From Synechococcus sp. (GTDB lineage Bacteria; Cyanobacteriota; Cyanobacteriia; Thermostichales; PCC-7336), in NCBI GenBank assembly GCA_051439605.1, contig JBFRWN010000027.1, positions 29,260 through 93,259 of the forward strand: a stretch of 64,000 nucleotides of DNA, in the 5' to 3' direction. The notes beneath the pieces were generated by a model that did no database searches, was not told the DNA's origin, and saw only the letters and a program-made list of their open reading frames with translations. Position numbers and translations under genes: made by a program. Shown piece after piece: positions 59,028 through 64,000 of the stretch; the stretch's first letter is position 1; every line of letters starts with the position of its first letter.

Positions 59028-59248
59028 AATCACATTTGTTCTCAATAAGAGTAATTTACAAGCCCTTATTGAGAATTAGTTTCCATTTTTTTGTAGACAG
59101 TCAAGACCGAATCCTTGGTAGATTTGCCAAAACCCTTGCATTTAATAGGTTTTGGAATGTCTGAGAGGGGAGATTCACAATTTGTAGAGATGGTATTGAC
59201 AATAACCTTCAATTGAGCCAATACTGCTAGTTGACTCTAATTTTCATT
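59028..59248. promoter_or_regulatory. Cluster of four Fur-type boxes in a divergent promoter
   Basis: AATCACATTTGTTCTCAAT (59028), ATTGAGAATTAGTTTCCAT (59068), ATTGACAATAACCTTCAAT (59195), GTTGACTCTAATTTTCATT (59230). Confidence 0.65.
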
Positions 59249-59328
59249 AATTATTTGGCGGTTCTGGAGGCGTGTCCGAGGTGCCTCTAGCTTTGCCTGT
59301 CTTGCAGTTATTCAAGGAATTGTTTGAA

Positions 59329-60129
59329 ATGCGTCAGATGACAAAGATTTGGACGGGTGTAGGAGCTTTTGCTTTGGTTGGGTCGAGCTTGGTAGGCCTG
59401 CCAAAAGTTTCAGATGCGGTAGCCCAGGACGAGGTTTTGGAAGACCTCTCTTCTTTCCAGGCTGAAGACGTTGAGAAAGAAGTACTGCTTGCTCAAGGCG
59501 GCGAAGGCGGTGAAGGCGGTGAAGGCGGCGAAGGTGGTGAAGGCGGCGAAGGCGGTGAGGGCTTCGAAGACGCTGTCAGCGGAACCGACCTCCACAACGC
59601 GCTTCTAGCGGGGGGTCACGTAATCTTTTTCCGGCACGCTCAAACCGAAAAAGACTATGCCGATCAAGCCGACCCAAGCATCGTCCTGAGTGACTGCTCT
59701 ACCCAAAGAACACTCAGCGAGGCTGGCTGGCGTCAGGCCCTTACGATTCGAGATGCGTTCTCGGATTTGGAAATTCCCGTAAGCGAAGTCATCTCCAGCG
59801 AATACTGTCGCGCTTGGCAAACAGCCCAACTGGCCTTCGATACCTACGACAAGACCTCTGACCTGAACTTCTATCCTGCGGAGGAGTACACCGACGAGCA
59901 GTTTGCCCAAATGCGAGATGCCATTATGCCCTACCTAACATCCGTTCCCGAAGCAGGGACTAATAGAGTGCTTGTCGGTCACGATGATGTCTTCGAAGCT
60001 GCAGCAGGCATTTATCCAGAACCTCAAGGCATTGCCTACATCGCTACCCCTGATGGTGAGGGTGGCTTTTCCCTGGTTGCCAATATGTTGCCTGAAGACT
60101 GGGTCCTGTTGGCAAAGACTGTAGAGTAA
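59329..60129 (+). CDS. Secreted histidine phosphatase-family protein with (GGE)7 repeat
   Basis: Signal-like N-terminus, FFRHAQT, SSEYCRAWQTA, LVGH. Confidence 0.85.
   Translation: MRQMTKIWTGVGAFALVGSSLVGLPKVSDAVAQDEVLEDLSSFQAEDVEKEVLLAQGGEGGEGGEGGEGGEGGEGGEGFEDAVSGTDLHNALLAGGHVIFFRHAQTEKDYADQADPSIVLSDCSTQRTLSEAGWRQALTIRDAFSDLEIPVSEVISSEYCRAWQTAQLAFDTYDKTSDLNFYPAEEYTDEQFAQMRDAIMPYLTSVPEAGTNRVLVGHDDVFEAAAGIYPEPQGIAYIATPDGEGGFSLVANMLPEDWVLLAKTVE
59497..59559 (+). repeat. 9-bp in-frame tandem repeat x7 encoding GGE
   Basis: GGYGGYGAR units with synonymous variation. Confidence 0.95.
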
Positions 60130-60450
60130 TGGACTTGTTTCGCTCTCGATAAGTGTCAATAGAAGCTGCCACAATTTTTGTGGTGGCTTTCAATTCAGCA
60201 CTGTTTTTGGTTTGCTTGCACAATTGCTCGTCAAGCAAGATGTCTGGCGATCGCCTCGTTTTCTAAGCATTAAGACTGGCTTTTTAGTGTCATACGCTCA
60301 ACGCTAATAGGCAAAACGAGCAAATAAGACATCGGAGGCTACTTTATGGCGAGCTAGAAAAGTAGAAATTCCGTGCAAGCGTTTTGGCCCAGTCGGAAGG
60401 CGATCCCAAGTTCTGATTCGCTCAACTCAATTTAACAACTGTAATAACCC

Positions 60451-61515
60451 ATGAAAAAGTTACTTGCCTTCACCCTTACCCTTTTGTCTTTTACAGGTGC
60501 GGCCTGTGCCAGTCAACAAGCTACAGATACTAATTCTCAAGAGGCCAGAGGTGCCAATGGCGAGCAAGTGCTCAACCTATATTCCTCCCGACATTACGAC
60601 ACCGACGAAGTCCTCTACGACATCTTCACCGAACAAACTGGAATCGAGATTAATTTGGTTGAAGGGAAAGGGGACGAGCTGATCGAGCGAATCAAGAGCG
60701 AAGGGGACAATAGCTCGGCAGATTTGTTCATGACGGTTGATGTCGGTATGTTATGGAAAGCCGATAACGAAGGACTGTTTCAGCCAATTGAGTCCGATGC
60801 CCTAGAAGCTGCCGTTCCGGATAACCTACAACATCCCGAGAACCATTGGTTCGGCCTCACCCAGCGGGCGCGCGTGATTGTTTACAACCCCGAAACCGTC
60901 GATCCCTCCGAACTGTCCACCTACGAAGCTCTAGCCGAGCCAGAGTGGGAAGGTCGCGTCTGCATCCGCAGCTCTTCCAATATTTACAACCAGTCCCTGA
61001 TGGGCTCCCTGATAGCCAACCTCGGTACCGATGCAGCATCGGCCTGGGCAGAAGGGATGGTAAATAACTTCGCTCGCGATCCGGAAGGGGGCGACACCGA
61101 TCAGATTAAGGCCGTCGCCGCCGGCCTGTGCGATGTGGCGATCGCCAATCATTACTACTATGCCCGTCTGGTGAAATCCGACGATGCGGCAGATCAAGCA
61201 GTGGTGGACTCCACCGCCATTTTCTTCCCCAACCAAGGCGATCGCGGCACCCACGTCAACATCAGCGGTGCTGGATTGTTGGCCAATGCCCCCCATCCAA
61301 ACGCAGCCAAAGCATTTTTGGAATATCTCGTCACCCCAGAAGCCCAAGCGGTCTTCGCTGAAGGTAACAACGAATATCCCGTTGTGGAAGGGGTGGAGGT
61401 GGATCCCGTGGTGGCCGAGCTAGGGGATTTCAAGACCGATGCCGCCAGTGTGAATGCCTTCGGAGAAAACAATGCCCAGGCTCTGCTGATTTTTGACGAA
61501 GCTGGTTGGAAATAG
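60451..61515 (+). CDS. futA: Fe(III) ABC transporter substrate-binding protein FutA/IdiA
   Basis: NLYSSRHY, RSSSNIYNQSL, GGDTDQI, ANHYYY, HVNISG. Confidence 0.95.
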   Translation: MKKLLAFTLTLLSFTGAACASQQATDTNSQEARGANGEQVLNLYSSRHYDTDEVLYDIFTEQTGIEINLVEGKGDELIERIKSEGDNSSADLFMTVDVGMLWKADNEGLFQPIESDALEAAVPDNLQHPENHWFGLTQRARVIVYNPETVDPSELSTYEALAEPEWEGRVCIRSSSNIYNQSLMGSLIANLGTDAASAWAEGMVNNFARDPEGGDTDQIKAVAAGLCDVAIANHYYYARLVKSDDAADQAVVDSTAIFFPNQGDRGTHVNISGAGLLANAPHPNAAKAFLEYLVTPEAQAVFAEGNNEYPVVEGVEVDPVVAELGDFKTDAASVNAFGENNAQALLIFDEAGWK

Positions 61516-61575
61516 ATTCGGTCAGCAATTCGCTCTCCCAGCACTTCCAAAGTCAAACCGGTCATTTGCAACAAC

Positions 61576-61614
61576 AGGCAGCGATCCGAGCCAGAATGCG
61601 ATCGCTGTCTTTTT
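61576..61614 (+). terminator. Probable terminator after futA
   Basis: GGCAGCGATC...GATCGCTGTC followed by a T run. Confidence 0.55.
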
Positions 61615-61983
61615 GCATCTCTATGTCTGCCGCCTAGCCCTACTGCACTCCGGGTATTCCCGATCGTGAATTCAATCGTATTCTCGGCTCAACGCTAACG
61701 AACTCTAGCGTTGAGCAGTTGTTGGCCCAGAAAGCAGTCAAGGTTTGCACTGGAGGGGCGGTTTGTTCGCGTTGCGATTGAAGATGGAGATTGAAGTTGT
61801 TTGACTAAGAACACCAATCAAACACTTCCGCTTGCCAAATGACACAGCTTTGGTGAGAGCTTGGTGTGGATGCACAAACGCTTTGTTAACCGCTAATCTG
61901 AAAAATAGGCATCTTTACTTCTAGAAACTTGCTCCTCACGACCTAAATCTCAGAGTCTAGATTGGCGATACATCGACTCTGCG

Positions 61984-62577
61984 CTACTGAGAATTTATTA
62001 AAACACAATGCCCCTGAGACCAAGCCAAGAAACCTTCGTCCCCAAGCTCGTTTATGACCCTTGTTACGGTCACGCGAGTGGTATTAATGGCTTCAGATAT
62101 TTCCTGATGGGTTAGGCGCAGCTTAATGATCTGACCATGTGGACCTTGTTGGCCAAATCTATTTCCCAACCATTGCAGAAATAAAACTAATCGGTCTCGA
62201 ACTAAAGACTGATGTTGAATATTGAGTAATGACTCGGTTGCCTTTAGATAGGACACTAGCCATTGGCCGTCAAACATAGAGCTGTCTTGAATTAGCGCCA
62301 CCTTAGCAGCGGTCAGACTCTCGATCTGAAACGGGTAACTGCGATTTAAAGGTATGCCAACAATATCATCCGGCCCCCAAATTCCCAGGGTCTTGATATC
62401 GCCGTTTTCACTCATGGTAATGGTACGCAGGTAGCCCTCTTCCAAACGCCACAGATATCCTTCTTTTAGAGCAACAGTTTGATGACGATGCAACGTATAT
62501 TTTCTTGGGGATTCGTGGGCAGCACGCTGTTCTCTCATTAGCTGAGCTTGATTATTAAATGTATTCGCGACCATCAA
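61984..62577 (-). CDS. Crp/Fnr-family regulator, close paralog of 54620-55213
   Basis: Shares GYLRTITMS.NGD..TLGIWG..DI.GIPL.R.YPFQIE and RLTHQEISEAIN.TRVTVTR. Confidence 0.9.
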   Translation of the reverse strand: MMVANTFNNQAQLMREQRAAHESPRKYTLHRHQTVALKEGYLWRLEEGYLRTITMSENGDIKTLGIWGPDDIVGIPLNRSYPFQIESLTAAKVALIQDSSMFDGQWLVSYLKATESLLNIQHQSLVRDRLVLFLQWLGNRFGQQGPHGQIIKLRLTHQEISEAINTTRVTVTRVINELGDEGFLAWSQGHCVLINSQ

Positions 62578-63328
62578 GGATCTCCTCTAAACGGTGTTTG
62601 GACGCAATCAGTCATGCGCTGGAAAGACTGTCAGCATTCGCTGCTGAGGCACAGGTCCAAATAGGGGAGGGCCTAGTTACGTATGGATAGAAGCTCATAA
62701 GTCTGATGAATCTAGGTGAGAACATGAACGTCTGTGCAGCAATGATTGCAAAGCCTGAACAACACATAAAGGGAGAGCAGATCTGCAAAACTTGATACAC
62801 ATCTATATAGACGAAGATTGACGAAGATCGTTCCGCATTTGTTTTGTTCCTTAACTTTTCTTCCTTTTTAGTGTCACCGATTTATCCCTTCCACACTGAA
62901 CCTGTTTCGAGGGGTGCTGGGCCAATCAATGCGTCTTCAGGTGAATATTTTTCCCCATTCAGAATGTAGGTTTGGTGAAGGCTGCGCCTGATTTAAATTG
63001 ATAGACAGATGGCATATTTCCATCCGGTTAATGTAGAAGACTCCCCCCTAAATCCGAAGTCCCTTCAAGAGGCAGTTTATCAGGGTTATTTCAGGCCCAA
63101 GCAGTACAATCTGCTTGGAAAAATTTACTGTCAAAGTCCAAGAGATAGATAACAACCTAAACAACACAATAGTGGATTGTACGCAAAAGTCGATTTGAAT
63201 GACACCCTCAGGTGGAATATATTACGTTCAGCTGATCGAGGCCGTGTAAAAGATTGGCGCACGTTTTGCATCAATCTCTTTGCCAATAGCCTGCAACGCT
63301 AGGACCTCTTTAGCTCAAAATATTCCTG

Positions 63329-63370
63329 CCTTCTCCTCTTCATACCTTCTCCTCTTCATACCTTCTCCTC
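63329..63370 (+). repeat. 16-bp tandem repeat, about 2.6 copies (CCTTCTCCTCTTCATA)
   Basis: Two exact copies plus a 10-nt partial copy. Confidence 0.85.
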
Positions 63371-63830
63371 GCAATCTCAATGGTTTATCTCTAGGGGAGC
63401 TAGCAGCATGAATCCAATCAGGAAGAGCCTGAGTAGGGATAGAGAGCTAGCACTCATCCCAAAACTGAGTAGAATTCACTCTCTACTCATTATCGTGACA
63501 TTCGCTTGGCGAAGAACGACCGTAAACAAGTAGGGTATAAATTCGGATTGACCGAAGCGAACATCGCATCATCTAGCGCGCTCCCTGCCTCCAAGTTCGC
63601 CCAAATCAGCAAATAAACCTCCCTCAGAAAATCTGAAAGGAGGCTGGAATGGAATGGTTATTCAAAAGATTGAGCGATAGCGATACAAGCTCGCCTCGAA
63701 CTGCATCATAATACCAAATTCGGCTGAGCAACTCCTGCAAAGAAGCGGTCTGTGAATGCCCCTAAACTGACGCCATGGCCCTGCAGGCTTCGTAGTTGAC
63801 TATCAAAGAGAGTCACTACGATTGAACCGC

Positions 63831-64000
63831 TTAGTCCTCGTCTGTGTAGGCAGACAGAGGTAAGCAAGAACACACCAAGTGGCGATCGCCGTAGGCGTTA
63901 TTCACCCGCCCCACCGCAGGCCAAAACTTGTGTTCCTTAGTCCAAGGGGCCGGATAGGCCGCTTGCTCGCGACTGTAGCTGTGGGGCCAGTCGGATGCAG
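63831..64000 (-). CDS. gcvP: Glycine dehydrogenase (P protein), 3' end only
   Basis: Manual translation ..[53 protein letters not shown]. Confidence 0.93.
   Translation of the reverse strand, partial: ASDWPHSYSREQAAYPAPWTKEHKFWPAVGRVNNAYGDRHLVCSCLPLSAYTDED

Larger units (their letters stand above)
1..64000. repeat. Dispersed HIP1 octamer GCGATCGC
   Basis: Many copies throughout the window, e.g. near 1419, 4853, 5193 and 8951. Confidence 0.9.

Noticed and set aside
1..64000. CRISPR array or transposase/integrase
   Set aside because: No regularly spaced repeat-spacer units and no transposase or recombinase motifs seen. The Cas4-like motif at 12-13.4 kb has no cas context.

Overview
Chromosomal window from a cyanobacterium, shown by psaD, psb29, ndhP, ycf54, ycf65 and abundant HIP1 (GCGATCGC) octamers. 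It is probably a unicellular Synechococcus-type lineage (inference). Most of 10-49 kb is housekeeping: mgtE, htrA, rbgA, bvdR, secG, queF, tldD, argS, cobK, tRNA-Tyr/Thr, rpsU, murC/B, map. Three regions stand out. (1) 0-10 kb is a signalling block: a class III cyclase with three C-terminal helical repeats, a c-heme DUF3365-HAMP protein with no output domain, a divergent PhnD-like binding protein, a receiver-domain remnant, a PsrR1-like sRNA candidate, a ComFB-like protein and a two-component cluster. (2) 49-52 kb is a pair of uncharacterised membrane genes, one fused to a DUF1350 alpha/beta-hydrolase. (3) 53-62.6 kb is an iron-stress island with several 19-bp Fur-type boxes. It holds an internally deleted flavodoxin, an IsiC-like hydrolase, three IdiB-like Crp regulators, an IdiC-like ferredoxin broken in a G8 run, dps, a PKHD hydroxylase, a (GGE)7 histidine phosphatase and futA/idiA. 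Not in the ORF track and found by hand: a TIR-domain pseudogene, the flavodoxin and receiver remnants, small proteins and the gcvP 3' end. Family names come from motif recognition only; no searches were run.
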